A stretch of 64,000 nucleotides of DNA from a virus. Taxonomy: Duplodnaviria; Caudoviricetes. The position numbers and the translations under genes are program-made. Below the pieces are notes generated by a model. The model saw nothing but the letters and a program-made list of their open reading frames with translations, ran no database searches and was not told where the DNA came from. Below, one piece after another: positions 37,841-48,420 of the stretch (its first letter is position 1; each line of letters begins with the position of its first letter). The stretch is taken from positions 32,001 to 96,000 of IMG/VR virus record IMGVR_UViG_3300032038_007781, one strand, 5' to 3'.

Positions 37841-39823
37841 TTATCTCAATTCAGAAATATCCCAATGTACAAGACCATCAACACGTACATGACCGTAGTA
37901 ACGGTTGTTAACCATCTTCTTAGCATAACGAGTCATAATACCCTTAACAGGTGCAAAGTTGAATGGGTTGTAGATTGTAGGAGTCAACTGCATTGGTACA
38001 TATGGTGCATAGATGTAACCTGTATCAAGAAGTGACTTACCCTTGTGACCGATAATGATTGACCAATGTGGAGAATATGGGTCACGATATACTTGATAAC
38101 GACCGTTCAAAGAACCAATCTTTTCGATACCCATATTGTACTGGTCTGATTCAGCGCTTGCATCAGAAACGTGGAAGTATTCCAAGTTATCGAACAATGC
38201 AGAAATTTCAGAAGAAACTACAATGAAGTTTGCACCACCACGTAGTGTAGCTTTATGAATCTGAGCAGAAATCTGATTAATCTTTGTGAACAATTCCTGA
38301 TTCCAATCTTTCTGAGTGTAGTTAGTTGAGAATGCTGCCATACGTCTCCAACCATTTACATCCCAACGAGCCTGCCAAGGTGCACCCTTACGCAAGTCAC
38401 GAAGAATTTCACGGTCAATTTCAGCTGCAATCTGTTCAGAAAGAATAGCTGTCAATTCAGCTTCAGCATCAATGTTGTGGAATGCACTAACATCCTGAGC
38501 CAATTCAGGTGACCAAGTAGCACGTAGTTTTCTTTCTTCTACTGATACAGTTACTGAATCAAGTTTGAAAGAAACTTCACCAATTTCAGTTTCCAATTCA
38601 AGTGAATCATACTGAGCCCAAGCTACTTTAAACATTGAAGCGTCTGCTATTGCTGATGGATTAACACCAACATAACCATCAATTGTACCTGCTTGCTGAA
38701 CTACTGGTTTAGCCAAATCAAGTTCGATGTACATATAGCCTTCAGCATCGCAAGCTGAACCATATTCTACAATACCTTTACCATATTTCTGTGTAGCAAC
38801 ACGGAAAGGAACTGATTCATATTTCTTGAAAGAAGCAGTAGTAACACCACTTGCACCCTCAACTTCACCAGCTGCAATAGCCTGTGTAGTGATAACTTTC
38901 AAAGAAGCTAAGAAACCTTCAGTGTCCATTTCGTTGCCATCAGGACCTGTCAATTTAGAAGCGTTGAAGCTTGAGAAGCCACCAACTTTAAGAATTACGT
39001 TACGAACAGTACCATCGAAACCGTTAACCTGTACAGAATCACCGTCTACGAAATCTTCCATACCACGTGGAGTAAGTTTAGCAAGTTTAGCTTCACCAAC
39101 CTTGATAGTTACCTTACCCTTAGAGTTATCATACAAGAAATCGTTGTAGAACAAGTCATACAAGCTCTTTTCGAAATACTGAGTAACTTCAGGACCTGCC
39201 TGACGCAATGCAGTTACACCAAGGCCTTCAGCCTTAGCTGCTTCCAATGCTGCTTCGTAAGTAGTAGCATCTTCTGGTGTCTGATTCAACTGAGGAACAT
39301 ACCACTTTTCCTTATCCAAATCTTTGATAGTTTCATCAGGAAGATAGTAACGTGGTTCAACACGACCTTCCTTGTTACGGTTTGTACGGTCATAACCCAT
39401 CAAACCTTTGTGACGACCTGTAGTGCCATCTACGATGTCACCATCAGTTGCAGCTGATGCACCAGCAGCAGGAACTTCCCATTCTCTTTCACTTGTTACA
39501 GGAAGAATGAAGAACAATTTACCTACTGGCAAGTTCATAGCCTGAACTGAAACGATATCATTAGCAAGCAACTTGCTGAATACCCTACGGATAATAGGGA
39601 AAACTACAGTTTCAAATGAACCAGAGTTATCAGAAGCAGTGGCCTCATAAATCAAGTGCTTTGCTTCGTTTTCATACAACGTAGCGACATTTTCTTTAAT
39701 TGTACCATCAAGACCTTCAGTAAAACCTAACTGGTCCCAACGATTCTGGATGTCTTCACGTATTTTCTTTTGTGCGTTCAATTCGATATTACCAACTTGA
39801 CCGCTAGTTAAAAATTCTCTCAT
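37841..39823 (-). CDS. gp23: major capsid protein (T4 gp23-like)
   Basis: IIRRVF...IVSVQAMNLPVG, RKLRATWSPELAQD, EIDREI, TLRGGANF, YAPYVP, GIMTRYA; probable maturation site IYE60^A. Confidence 0.97.
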   Translation of the reverse strand: MREFLTSGQVGNIELNAQKKIREDIQNRWDQLGFTEGLDGTIKENVATLYENEAKHLIYEATASDNSGSFETVVFPIIRRVFSKLLANDIVSVQAMNLPVGKLFFILPVTSEREWEVPAAGASAATDGDIVDGTTGRHKGLMGYDRTNRNKEGRVEPRYYLPDETIKDLDKEKWYVPQLNQTPEDATTYEAALEAAKAEGLGVTALRQAGPEVTQYFEKSLYDLFYNDFLYDNSKGKVTIKVGEAKLAKLTPRGMEDFVDGDSVQVNGFDGTVRNVILKVGGFSSFNASKLTGPDGNEMDTEGFLASLKVITTQAIAAGEVEGASGVTTASFKKYESVPFRVATQKYGKGIVEYGSACDAEGYMYIELDLAKPVVQQAGTIDGYVGVNPSAIADASMFKVAWAQYDSLELETEIGEVSFKLDSVTVSVEERKLRATWSPELAQDVSAFHNIDAEAELTAILSEQIAAEIDREILRDLRKGAPWQARWDVNGWRRMAAFSTNYTQKDWNQELFTKINQISAQIHKATLRGGANFIVVSSEISALFDNLEYFHVSDASAESDQYNMGIEKIGSLNGRYQVYRDPYSPHWSIIIGHKGKSLLDTGYIYAPYVPMQLTPTIYNPFNFAPVKGIMTRYAKKMVNNRYYGHVRVDGLVHWDISELR

Positions 39824-39873
39824 TTATAAAAAGATTTTTATTAATAAAAATTTTAATTTATTTTTTTTTTTAA

Positions 39874-41496
39874 TTACTTACAAAGTCTATGCATTAAATC
39901 AAGTGAATCAATTAAATCCTTTGATTGATAGATTTGTGTTTCGTTAATTTGTTTTGAACCTTCGACATTATACTGTCTACTTTCATCAAGATTCATAGTA
40001 TCTTTTTTCTTCAAATCTCTTGAAATAGATTCATACAAATTCTTTGACTGCTCTACTGTTTTAGCTTCCTTGCCAAATCTTGCAATGATTTCTTTCTTTT
40101 CATTCTGTGTTGTTGTGTTTTCAGAAATCAATTTAATAATTTGACCTAAATTAAGATTAGTAACAGCAGCTTCTTCAAGAACATTCTTAAACTTACCTAA
40201 AGCTTGTTTAAGTTCTTTGTTTTCAGTGAAAATCTTGTTAGCTTTGCGAATGATTGATTCGTTTGTAACTGCACCATTGTCATCACCTTCATATTCACCA
40301 GCTGTAGATACATGATGTTGACCATAAGGATGCTTATTGCCACTTGAATTTGTTCTATGGAACTTAGTTCCTACCATTCTTGCTTTAGCACCTCTTCGTG
40401 CACCCATTTCACCAGCGCTTTCTGCGATATTAGCGTCTGCATCACCGCCTTCAATTTCATCTTCCTCTTCAACGGTTTTGCCTTTAACACCTGTAAATGG
40501 CTGATTTTCACTTGCATTATTTTTCTTTCCTGACCAAGGTTTAGAATCCCCTCTATCTTTCAAGCCTTTAGAACCCCAATCGTTCTTGTCTTTGTCATCT
40601 GCGACCTTCAAGCCTTTTGTGTCTAATGGACTCTTACTCTGATAATTGTCAGTATAGCCAACATGTGAATCATATTCATCAAGAGCTATTTCATAAATTC
40701 TAGATTCATTCATATCATCTTCTTCGTTATCAAAGTCATCTTCATCTTCTAAATCTGCATCGTCATCGGCACTGAAATCATCTCCTTCTTCAAGTTCATC
40801 ATCATCAGCACTGAAATCATTTCCTTCTTCAAGTTCATCATCATCATCACCGAAATCTTCAGTGTCATCATCAGCAAATCCTTCAGATTCACAACCTAAG
40901 TCAACAAGGTATTCTGTACCTGCTTCGTTATCTTTAATGCTAACTTTATTATCATCAGTTTTATTAACAATAACTTGGTCATCATTATTCATTAACTTGT
41001 AAACTTTTACGATTTCATCGTCTTCCGCATTTGAGAAGTCATACTCATCATCTGAAACCTTATATTTGTCAAACTCAGACCATTCATCACCGTCTTCGTC
41101 CTCACCAGATGCACTTGTTTCACCTGTTAAAGCACCTTCGTCATCAACACCTTCTTCTGATTCAGCATCATCAATTTCGCCATCATTGTCAGTGTCAATA
41201 TCTTCAGTATCTTCAGCATCGTCAGTAGCATCGTCAGAACCTTCTACGTCAGCTGAATCATCAGCTGTTACGTCTTCGTCTGCATCTGTTTCAGAATCTG
41301 TATCATCCACTTCTTCTACATCGTAATCCTTTTCGTCATCTTCCATAAGGATTTTAGAGTACGTGTCACGTACTGCTTCAGAAAGCAAATCCCTTACAGC
41401 AGCAGTGGTGTTCTCTTTCAATGTATTAGCAAGATTGTTGTAGTCTAATAAAGATTCCTTTACAACTTTGCTTCTTATTTTGTTATTTTTCTTCAT
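39874..41496 (-). CDS. prohead core/scaffold protein (gp22-like)
   Basis: Very acidic, C-terminal coiled coil, many I/V/M-x-E sites, immediately upstream of gp23. Confidence 0.75.
   Translation of the reverse strand: MKKNNKIRSKVVKESLLDYNNLANTLKENTTAAVRDLLSEAVRDTYSKILMEDDEKDYDVEEVDDTDSETDADEDVTADDSADVEGSDDATDDAEDTEDIDTDNDGEIDDAESEEGVDDEGALTGETSASGEDEDGDEWSEFDKYKVSDDEYDFSNAEDDEIVKVYKLMNNDDQVIVNKTDDNKVSIKDNEAGTEYLVDLGCESEGFADDDTEDFGDDDDELEEGNDFSADDDELEEGDDFSADDDADLEDEDDFDNEEDDMNESRIYEIALDEYDSHVGYTDNYQSKSPLDTKGLKVADDKDKNDWGSKGLKDRGDSKPWSGKKNNASENQPFTGVKGKTVEEEDEIEGGDADANIAESAGEMGARRGAKARMVGTKFHRTNSSGNKHPYGQHHVSTAGEYEGDDNGAVTNESIIRKANKIFTENKELKQALGKFKNVLEEAAVTNLNLGQIIKLISENTTTQNEKKEIIARFGKEAKTVEQSKNLYESISRDLKKKDTMNLDESRQYNVEGSKQINETQIYQSKDLIDSLDLMHRLCK
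40769..40846 (-). repeat. 39-bp coding tandem duplication (DDDELEEG(N/D)DFSA x2)
   Basis: 38/39 identical units at 40769-40807 and 40808-40846. Confidence 0.9.
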
Positions 41497-41773
41497 TTAT
41501 CTGAAAAAATAAATTTTAAGTTATTTTAAATATAAATATATAATTAAAATAAAAAATATTAAAAAAGAATGCCACAATACACAATAAATGGTACATTATA
41601 TTAATTTTTATTCATTATTCCCTACTATTTACCATTTTTGTGAATTAAATAAGTTCTATTGTCTATTCAGCAAGTCAGCGTTATTTTGCCATTCTTTATT
41701 TATTTTATCAAAAATTACCTAAGATATTTTCACTATAAAAGCATATTTATTATATAGTAATAAATATTGCATT

Positions 41774-42469
41774 ATGAGTAAAAATGAATTAATAGAAATA
41801 AAGAAAGGTAAGACAGGTAAAGGACTTATTATAGATAATGATGGATATATTTCTTTAAACGAAGGGAAAAACAGAACAATCAAAGAAGGAATAGAAGACG
41901 GTGGATGGCATGTTCCTTATCCATTTGTTGTAGATGCTGTATTTCAGAAATTTGACATTAAAAATGCTAACGGAAGAGTATATCCTGAAGGCGTATTGAA
42001 AAAGCAAGTAGAGATTTATCAACAAAAGATAGCAGAGCATAGGGCATATGGAGAATTAAATCACCCAGCTGAATCTACAATAGACCTTGGAAGAATATCG
42101 CATAATATCACTGAGTTGCATTGGGAAGGTAGAACGCTTGTAGGTAAAATTGAACTTAATATTACACAAGGATTTGTAAATGAAGGGATTGTTTCGACTA
42201 TGGGCGATATGGCAGCTAATCTATTACTTAATGGCTATAAAATAGGTGTTTCATCAAGAGGTGTAGGTTCAGTGGAAAATAAATTAGGAACATACATGGT
42301 AGGTGATGATTTTGAACTTATATGTTGGGACATTGTTTCAGACCCTAGTACACCAGGTGCTTATATTGGGCAAAGAGAAGATTTACAACAATATGTAGAA
42401 AACAAAAATCAAAATAAACCATTAGTAAATGAAAAAATAGAGCGAATAAAAAACATTCTTAAATCATAA
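41774..42469 (+). CDS. gp21: prohead core protease (T4 gp21-like)
   Basis: NANGRVYP, GELNHP, SHNIT, GVSSRGVGS, WDIVSDPSTPGA. Confidence 0.95.
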   Translation: MSKNELIEIKKGKTGKGLIIDNDGYISLNEGKNRTIKEGIEDGGWHVPYPFVVDAVFQKFDIKNANGRVYPEGVLKKQVEIYQQKIAEHRAYGELNHPAESTIDLGRISHNITELHWEGRTLVGKIELNITQGFVNEGIVSTMGDMAANLLLNGYKIGVSSRGVGSVENKLGTYMVGDDFELICWDIVSDPSTPGAYIGQREDLQQYVENKNQNKPLVNEKIERIKNILKS

Positions 42470-42475
42470 TAATAA

Positions 42476-42512
42476 AAAAAAACAAGAAACTTATTTAAGT
42501 TTCTTGTTTTTT
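42476..42512. terminator. bidirectional terminator overlapping the 3' end of the 117-aa gene
   Basis: AAAAAACAAGAAACTTA-TT-TAAGTTTCTTGTTTTTT palindrome. Confidence 0.75.
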
Positions 42513-42848
42513 TATTTGGTCTTCATACTGACTTTGCAAATCTTCGGCAGTATATAGCAAATTTTCAGCTTGATTTGTTTTTCTATCAACAAATGACAAT
42601 ATTTCATCTAAATATAACAAGTAATCAGAAGCTTTCCTATTGCCTTTGGATTCATAATGTGATAGCATATCGTATAACGTGCTAATACTTGTATCATAAT
42701 ATTTATCATACAATATGCTACCATTAGTATGACTTAACGGATAACTTTCCTGTGATGCTGACTTAATAGTATCTAAAGAAAGTTCATTTAAACTTTTTCT
42801 AATCGACTCACTGATTAGTGAATGCAATCTTTTTTTATTTTCTTTCAT
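42495..42848 (-). CDS. small protein with leader-like N-terminus
   Basis: RLHSLISESIRKSLNE^LS. Confidence 0.7.
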   Translation of the reverse strand: MKENKKRLHSLISESIRKSLNELSLDTIKSASQESYPLSHTNGSILYDKYYDTSISTLYDMLSHYESKGNRKASDYLLYLDEILSFVDRKTNQAENLLYTAEDLQSQYEDQIKKQET

Positions 42849-42862
42849 TTCATTTAATTGTT

Positions 42863-43183
42863 TTAGAAATTATTATATAATTCATTGTCAGTAAGCATAT
42901 GGTCATCATCGTCAATATATTGGTCTGCTTCTAAATCACTTAAATAATCCTGCATATCATCGTTATCATACTGATTTCCTATAAAATTTGTATAGTCATC
43001 ATAATCATCATCAGTCATACCATTATATTCTTCATAGCCACGAATGCCGTTTTCAATATCATCATTACCAGCTTCGTTTATCCTTTTATTTCCTTTACTA
43101 CCAATTTCGTTGACAATGCGTCTAACACTATTTTCTATAATTCTATGTAAATCACCTTCAGCTAACCTAATTAATTTCTTCAT
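42863..43183 (-). CDS. leader-tagged small acidic protein
   Basis: KKLIRLAEGDLHRIIENSVRRIVNE; TATTTATT at 43201-43208. Confidence 0.8.
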   Translation of the reverse strand: MKKLIRLAEGDLHRIIENSVRRIVNEIGSKGNKRINEAGNDDIENGIRGYEEYNGMTDDDYDDYTNFIGNQYDNDDMQDYLSDLEADQYIDDDDHMLTDNELYNNF

Positions 43184-43212
43184 GACAATTTATTTTTAGT
43201 AATAAATATCTA

Positions 43213-43641
43213 TTATTTACGTTTTGTAACCCTAAATTCATTTTCATTTAATAAATTGTATAGCATATTAACCATTGTTGGGAAACGTTCGTATAATTTT
43301 GCGTCTTTTAATGTGTATAATGAATTAGATTTTTGTCTTAAAAAAACATTAAATGATAAAAATTTTTTTTCATCAATTTTCATATTTTCAGTGTTAACAT
43401 CAAAATCTAAAATAAATTTTGAAGAGTATACTTCATTTGAAATGAGTAATTTACTAACACCTTTCCTAAATTGCGCTTTTATATTATCAATGTGTGCTGT
43501 ATAATCACCTTCAAATAAAGGGGAAATCCAACACTTGCCTTCAATATAAATTACTTTAGGGTTATTTTTGTCAACTGAACCATATTTTACTGATATGCTG
43601 TCTGAAATATTTAATTTAAATTCTTTACTCAATCGTTCCAT
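43213..43641 (-). CDS. hypothetical protein
   Basis: 142-aa ORF with KYGSVDKNNPKVIYI...WISP. Confidence 0.8.
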   Translation of the reverse strand: MERLSKEFKLNISDSISVKYGSVDKNNPKVIYIEGKCWISPLFEGDYTAHIDNIKAQFRKGVSKLLISNEVYSSKFILDFDVNTENMKIDEKKFLSFNVFLRQKSNSLYTLKDAKLYERFPTMVNMLYNLLNENEFRVTKRK

Positions 43642-43700
43642 TATATTTTATATTATATATAAAATATAATATTTTTTTTGAAAGTGTCAAATAAAAAAAA

Positions 43701-43723
43701 ACACTAACCATTACGGTTAGTGC
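43701..43723 (-). terminator. intrinsic terminator
   Basis: CACTAACC...GGTTAGTG stem with T-run on the minus strand. Confidence 0.7.
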
Positions 43724-43732
43724 TTATATATT

Positions 43733-44239
43733 TTATTTATCCATTGCCCTATTAAGGCTACCTTTTCGATGAAGTGGTCTCGAATCTGCCATTTTAGAGT
43801 ATTTTTCCATATCTTTGGTGTTCTGCCACTGCTTATCTAATTTATTTTTAAAACGCTGCATTTGCATTTTTTGCAATTCTTCATCAGCATCTAATGACCA
43901 ATCTTGGTTATGCGCAGGGTTTCCAAAACCATCGCTGTTAGTCCATTCAGCTGAAGGATAAAGCTCACCATCTTGGTAGTAAGCATGGTCCCCTTTTTCC
44001 CAGTCAGAGAATGCATCAGTTGTCCTATCGAGTGTGTGCAGCCTTTCTTTGTTTGGAATCGGGTCAAAAATTCCATATCTATCGCCGTCAAAATTTGAAG
44101 CGTATTCTGGGTATGCATTAATTCTATCTTCTGGTCTACCCATAGGGTTAGGATATTTTCCTTCTTTCAAGACTCTTTTTACTGACCTTTCTATGATTCT
44201 ATGTAAATCACCTTCAGTTAACCTAATTAATTTCTTCAT
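43733..44239 (-). CDS. leader-tagged small protein
   Basis: KKLIRLTEGDLHRIIERSVKRVLKE; ATG 44239. Confidence 0.8.
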   Translation of the reverse strand: MKKLIRLTEGDLHRIIERSVKRVLKEGKYPNPMGRPEDRINAYPEYASNFDGDRYGIFDPIPNKERLHTLDRTTDAFSDWEKGDHAYYQDGELYPSAEWTNSDGFGNPAHNQDWSLDADEELQKMQMQRFKNKLDKQWQNTKDMEKYSKMADSRPLHRKGSLNRAMDK

Positions 44240-44241
44240 AA

Positions 44242-45192
44242 TCACATATATTTTTTATTATCATTATCACTCAATACAGCGCCTACTTCAAGCAATTTTG
44301 CTGTGTCTTTAATTATTGATTCTTTGCAATACGCCATGGAAGAAATTTCTTCTTTAATGGACTGCAAGTCATGTTTTTCTTCTTCAGATGATTCATTAAT
44401 CATCTTATTAATTATGCCAAGGCATTTTTCTTTCAAATCATTGAAAAATTTCATTTGTCTTTTTTCTGCAATTGATGAATTGGAATTAATAATATCCTGT
44501 ACTAAAGATTTTTCTTCTTCAGATAACATTGCCATTTTCTTATCAAAATCTTCGGTGATTTTTTTAATACTTACTTTATTTTCATCAATTTCCTTTTTAT
44601 TTGCAACAATGTAGTTTTCAACAATTGTCCTTTGTTTTGCTAATTCAGAAAGATTATTTAAATTCTTCTTATGTGTGAGCAAATAAGTACCTGCATTGAA
44701 AAAATTTTCTTTATTTTCTGATATTAACTCATCAGGTCTAACATTATGTGATAGCATAAGTTTACCTAATTTTTTATTAGATTCTTTCAATGTTTTAGGA
44801 TTAATGTTTTTTGAAGCTAAATTAAGCGATTCATTAATATATTCTTTAGCATCTATGCTACCATCATAATTCTTCATCGCTTCAAAAAACTGTAATTGTG
44901 CTTTAATGTTAGAATCTTCTTTAATAAGTTTTAAAATGTCACCAACAGCCTTTTTATTTTTAACAAATAATGTTGGTAAAACTGATTCAAACATTGACCC
45001 CAATTCAGCAGCAGTAGAATTAGCTATAGATGTTTCATAATCTGCTTCATCTTTATATTGCTTGTATGCTTCATTGGCCCTCTGTTGCATAATATCAGCT
45101 ACTTCTGTATCACCTTTTTTCATAGCTGATGCCCATGCCTTCATGGCTTTTTCCCATTCTCCAAGCAACTTATTTTTATTGTCATTTTTCAT
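44242..45192 (-). CDS. helical hypothetical protein of the head module
   Basis: 316 aa; TATTTATT at 45213-45220; several I-x-E sites. Confidence 0.7.
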   Translation of the reverse strand: MKNDNKNKLLGEWEKAMKAWASAMKKGDTEVADIMQQRANEAYKQYKDEADYETSIANSTAAELGSMFESVLPTLFVKNKKAVGDILKLIKEDSNIKAQLQFFEAMKNYDGSIDAKEYINESLNLASKNINPKTLKESNKKLGKLMLSHNVRPDELISENKENFFNAGTYLLTHKKNLNNLSELAKQRTIVENYIVANKKEIDENKVSIKKITEDFDKKMAMLSEEEKSLVQDIINSNSSIAEKRQMKFFNDLKEKCLGIINKMINESSEEEKHDLQSIKEEISSMAYCKESIIKDTAKLLEVGAVLSDNDNKKYM

Positions 45193-45220
45193 TATAAAAC
45201 GTTTTATTATATAATAAATA

Positions 45221-45252
45221 TTTGGCTATTAAAAAAAATATTGATATATTTG
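45221..45252 (+). promoter_or_regulatory. Bacteroidetes-type promoter
   Basis: TTTG 45221-45224, N20, TATATTTG 45245-45252. Confidence 0.55.
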
Positions 45253-45256
45253 ATAC

Positions 45257-46240
45257 ATGAATAAAGAAGAGATTAGACAACGTAACGAAAAGATATTTTG
45301 GGATAAAATGAAAGCATACCCATATGATTATGATTTCAGCAAAGTTAACTACGTTAATGCAAATAAAAAAGTTGAAATTATATGTCCAATACATGGTTCT
45401 TTTTTTGCTTGCCCTAAGCATTTAGTTTTAGAACATACAGGATGCCCTAAATGCAGAAATGATAAATTTAGAAACACTAAAGATACATTTATCAAACGTG
45501 TTAATGACGTATTTAATAGTAAATATGATTTAAGTAAATTTGTGTACACCAATAATAAAGCTAAAAGCATAGTTATTTGTCCTGAACATGGTGAGTTTTT
45601 AGCAAGCCCACATTCATTATACCAAGGTAAGGCCTGCCCTATATGTGGAAGGTTAAAAAGCAACAAAGAAGAAATGATTACTGAAAAAGAATGGATAGAA
45701 AGATTTAATAAAATCCATAAAGGTAAGTATGATTATTCTTTAATGAAATATAAAGGGTATAAAGAAAAAATAGAAATAATATGCCCACAACATGGTATTT
45801 TTTTGCAAACGCCAGATAACCATTATAGGGGAAAGGGTTGCCCTGTATGTAACAGTAGCAAGATGGAATCTGAAGTTAGAGAATTTTTAACTGAAAATAA
45901 CTTTAATTTCATAGAACAAAAACGTTTTAAATGGTTAGGTTTCCAATCTTTGGATTTCTTCTTACCAGAATATAACATAGCAATTGAATGCCAAGGTGCT
46001 CAACATTTTAACAGCATAGAAATATTTGAAAAAAAAATTACACTTAATGATAGAATAAAACTTGATGTTAATAAAAATAAGCAATGCATTAAAAATAGCA
46101 TAAAAGTACTTTATGTCATAAATATGAATGATTTGAAAATAGCGTTAAGTGACTTATGCTGTGGGATATATGATAATAATTTTATACTACGAGAAAATTT
46201 GGGCATACTTTTAAAAAAAATAAAAAAAGAAGAGGATTAA
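45257..46240 (+). CDS. putative homing endonuclease (DUF723-type repeats plus Vsr/DUF559-like nuclease)
   Basis: Three IICPxHG..H..GCPxC repeats; QSLDFFLPEYNIAIECQGAQH. Confidence 0.85.
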   Translation: MNKEEIRQRNEKIFWDKMKAYPYDYDFSKVNYVNANKKVEIICPIHGSFFACPKHLVLEHTGCPKCRNDKFRNTKDTFIKRVNDVFNSKYDLSKFVYTNNKAKSIVICPEHGEFLASPHSLYQGKACPICGRLKSNKEEMITEKEWIERFNKIHKGKYDYSLMKYKGYKEKIEIICPQHGIFLQTPDNHYRGKGCPVCNSSKMESEVREFLTENNFNFIEQKRFKWLGFQSLDFFLPEYNIAIECQGAQHFNSIEIFEKKITLNDRIKLDVNKNKQCIKNSIKVLYVINMNDLKIALSDLCCGIYDNNFILRENLGILLKKIKKEED

Positions 46241-48328
46241 TTAATCCCCTTCTTTTTTATTATTTAATTTATTATCAAGATTTGATATCATCCTATTAAA
46301 TTCTTCATTAATCATAAGTGATTTATCATAGATAGCAGTTCTTTCTATTCTTGCTTCATCTTTCCTCTTTTTTTCATCTTCATTAAGGTGCTTAAAATAT
46401 TGTGCAAACAATAAATCAACCTTTGCTTCATTATGTTTTACAGGGGTACGATATTTCACTTTTTTAACTTCATTAATAAGTGGTTTATATTTATTAACGC
46501 CTTCCATAGGAGGTGCAGCGCCCATATCATCAGTTCCACCACCCATATCCATAGTTGGTTCAGAACCTTCATTACCTGCAATTTCACCTTCATCTTCAGC
46601 ACCAGGAGCACCAAGTGAATCTAATTCAGAACCGAAGTCACCACCTCCAGCTGGCATACCGCCACCTCCTCCAAGGCCGCCACCCATGCCATCGTCACCT
46701 TGTTGCTGTACATCATCTTGATATTCAGCACCTGGCTCACCATACATTCTGTCAACTGTATCAAATACACCTGTACGTTTAATGATTTGAGATGTTTTTT
46801 CAAGTTCAGCAGCAATTGCCTTTTCAAGACGAATTTCTTCAAGGTTGTCTTTAATATCTTTGTCAGACCATTTCATGATTTCTTTCAACGCCCTTGTTTG
46901 TGACATTATAGGTATACCATTACCTGGGTCAGATATAGCGTCTCTCGCAGCACTAATTTTTTTCTGAATATTATCAATTTCAAGTTGTTCTGCTTGTGTG
47001 GATGGATTTGTCATCGACAAGCTAAAGTTTGTTAAGTCATCAGTAAACCCTAACAAATACAAATGAATCGAAGCGACTTTAGTTAATTCCATCAAAAATG
47101 CTTGCTGAATCTTATTAACAGTTCTTGTGAATCTAATATCTTCAAGAGCCAAGTTCTTGCCATCACCTTGCGCTTCTTCAAAGTTCAAAAATGCCTTAGG
47201 AATTCTTAACGCAGTGCAAACCTTATTCTGTACAAACTTGATGTCATCCATTGCAGTCAAGTTTTGCGCAGCAGACAACGTATCAATAGGTGTTGGTGCA
47301 TTTTGGTCACGTACAGGGATGAAGATATCTTGGTCTACCGATAATATATTTTTTCTTAAATCTATTTGTCCTGTCATTGGGTCAATAATAGGTGCACGTT
47401 TGAAATTATTAGCAATATTTTCAACATATGCCTGTACGTCAGCATCATCAATAGCACCTACATAAATCTTATACACACGCCTTTCAATAGAACGTTCCAA
47501 ACGATATATAAGCATCATATCTTCCATTAAGGAGAGCATCCTCCAGTGTCTTCTAGCAGAATTAAGAAAACTGGCTCCATAGGGCAAATAGATTGAATTT
47601 GTCATCAATCTAAAATGTGCTATTTGCCAATTTCTAAATGGTACTTGTGAATTACTTTCATCAAGCCAAACGAATTTTGTGGAAGTGTCAATCTTGCTTG
47701 AATCTGATTGTGTAGATACAGCCATAGATACGCCTGTTCCATAAGGATTCATAACGCCATTTTCAATACGTTCAACGTTAAACACTGGCAATTGTTTCCA
47801 ACCCTTAACACCAAGCTTATTGTCAATATCAAGCAGCATAAACTGATTACCATATTTACACATAGCTCTAATAACCATAGGTGCGGTTACCTGTAAATTT
47901 AACCTATTCACAAACAAATCTTCAAGAATTGATTTGATTCTGTCAGATTTAGATGATACAGTTACAATTTGACCTTTAGCATCTAAACATGTAGATTCTT
48001 CAGACACAATATCTAATGCAGCACCAATTTCAGGAAAGGAGTCCATAAGGTCGCAATCACGATACATTAGTTTTACATTATTGAGTCCTGAATATGCTGT
48101 TACTGACAGGTCTACATTAGCCTTAATCCATCTTTTTTTAAGATAACTATTTTGCTGTAATTCAAGTTTCTTTTCTTCATAATCAGCCTTATTAGTAGTT
48201 CTATATAGAATTCCTTTATCAGCAGTTGACATATCATATGAGTTAATATGCGGTGCAGATGCTTCAACATTCCAATTACCACTAAAAGCTTTATCAAGAT
48301 TTTGGAATATAGTATGATTTCTTGCCAT
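46241..48328 (-). CDS. gp20: portal protein (T4 gp20-like)
   Basis: PEIGAALDIVSEE, IAHFRL, LMEDMMLIYRLERSIERRVY, DIFIPVR, ALRIPKAFL, EDIRFTRTV. Confidence 0.96.
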   Translation of the reverse strand: MARNHTIFQNLDKAFSGNWNVEASAPHINSYDMSTADKGILYRTTNKADYEEKKLELQQNSYLKKRWIKANVDLSVTAYSGLNNVKLMYRDCDLMDSFPEIGAALDIVSEESTCLDAKGQIVTVSSKSDRIKSILEDLFVNRLNLQVTAPMVIRAMCKYGNQFMLLDIDNKLGVKGWKQLPVFNVERIENGVMNPYGTGVSMAVSTQSDSSKIDTSTKFVWLDESNSQVPFRNWQIAHFRLMTNSIYLPYGASFLNSARRHWRMLSLMEDMMLIYRLERSIERRVYKIYVGAIDDADVQAYVENIANNFKRAPIIDPMTGQIDLRKNILSVDQDIFIPVRDQNAPTPIDTLSAAQNLTAMDDIKFVQNKVCTALRIPKAFLNFEEAQGDGKNLALEDIRFTRTVNKIQQAFLMELTKVASIHLYLLGFTDDLTNFSLSMTNPSTQAEQLEIDNIQKKISAARDAISDPGNGIPIMSQTRALKEIMKWSDKDIKDNLEEIRLEKAIAAELEKTSQIIKRTGVFDTVDRMYGEPGAEYQDDVQQQGDDGMGGGLGGGGGMPAGGGDFGSELDSLGAPGAEDEGEIAGNEGSEPTMDMGGGTDDMGAAPPMEGVNKYKPLINEVKKVKYRTPVKHNEAKVDLLFAQYFKHLNEDEKKRKDEARIERTAIYDKSLMINEEFNRMISNLDNKLNNKKEGD

Positions 48329-48420
48329 TTTTTAATATTAATAATTAAATTATATAAATATTTTCATTTAAATAAATATCTTTATTATGTATTTTAATAT
48401 ATTTTATATATATTTACGCT

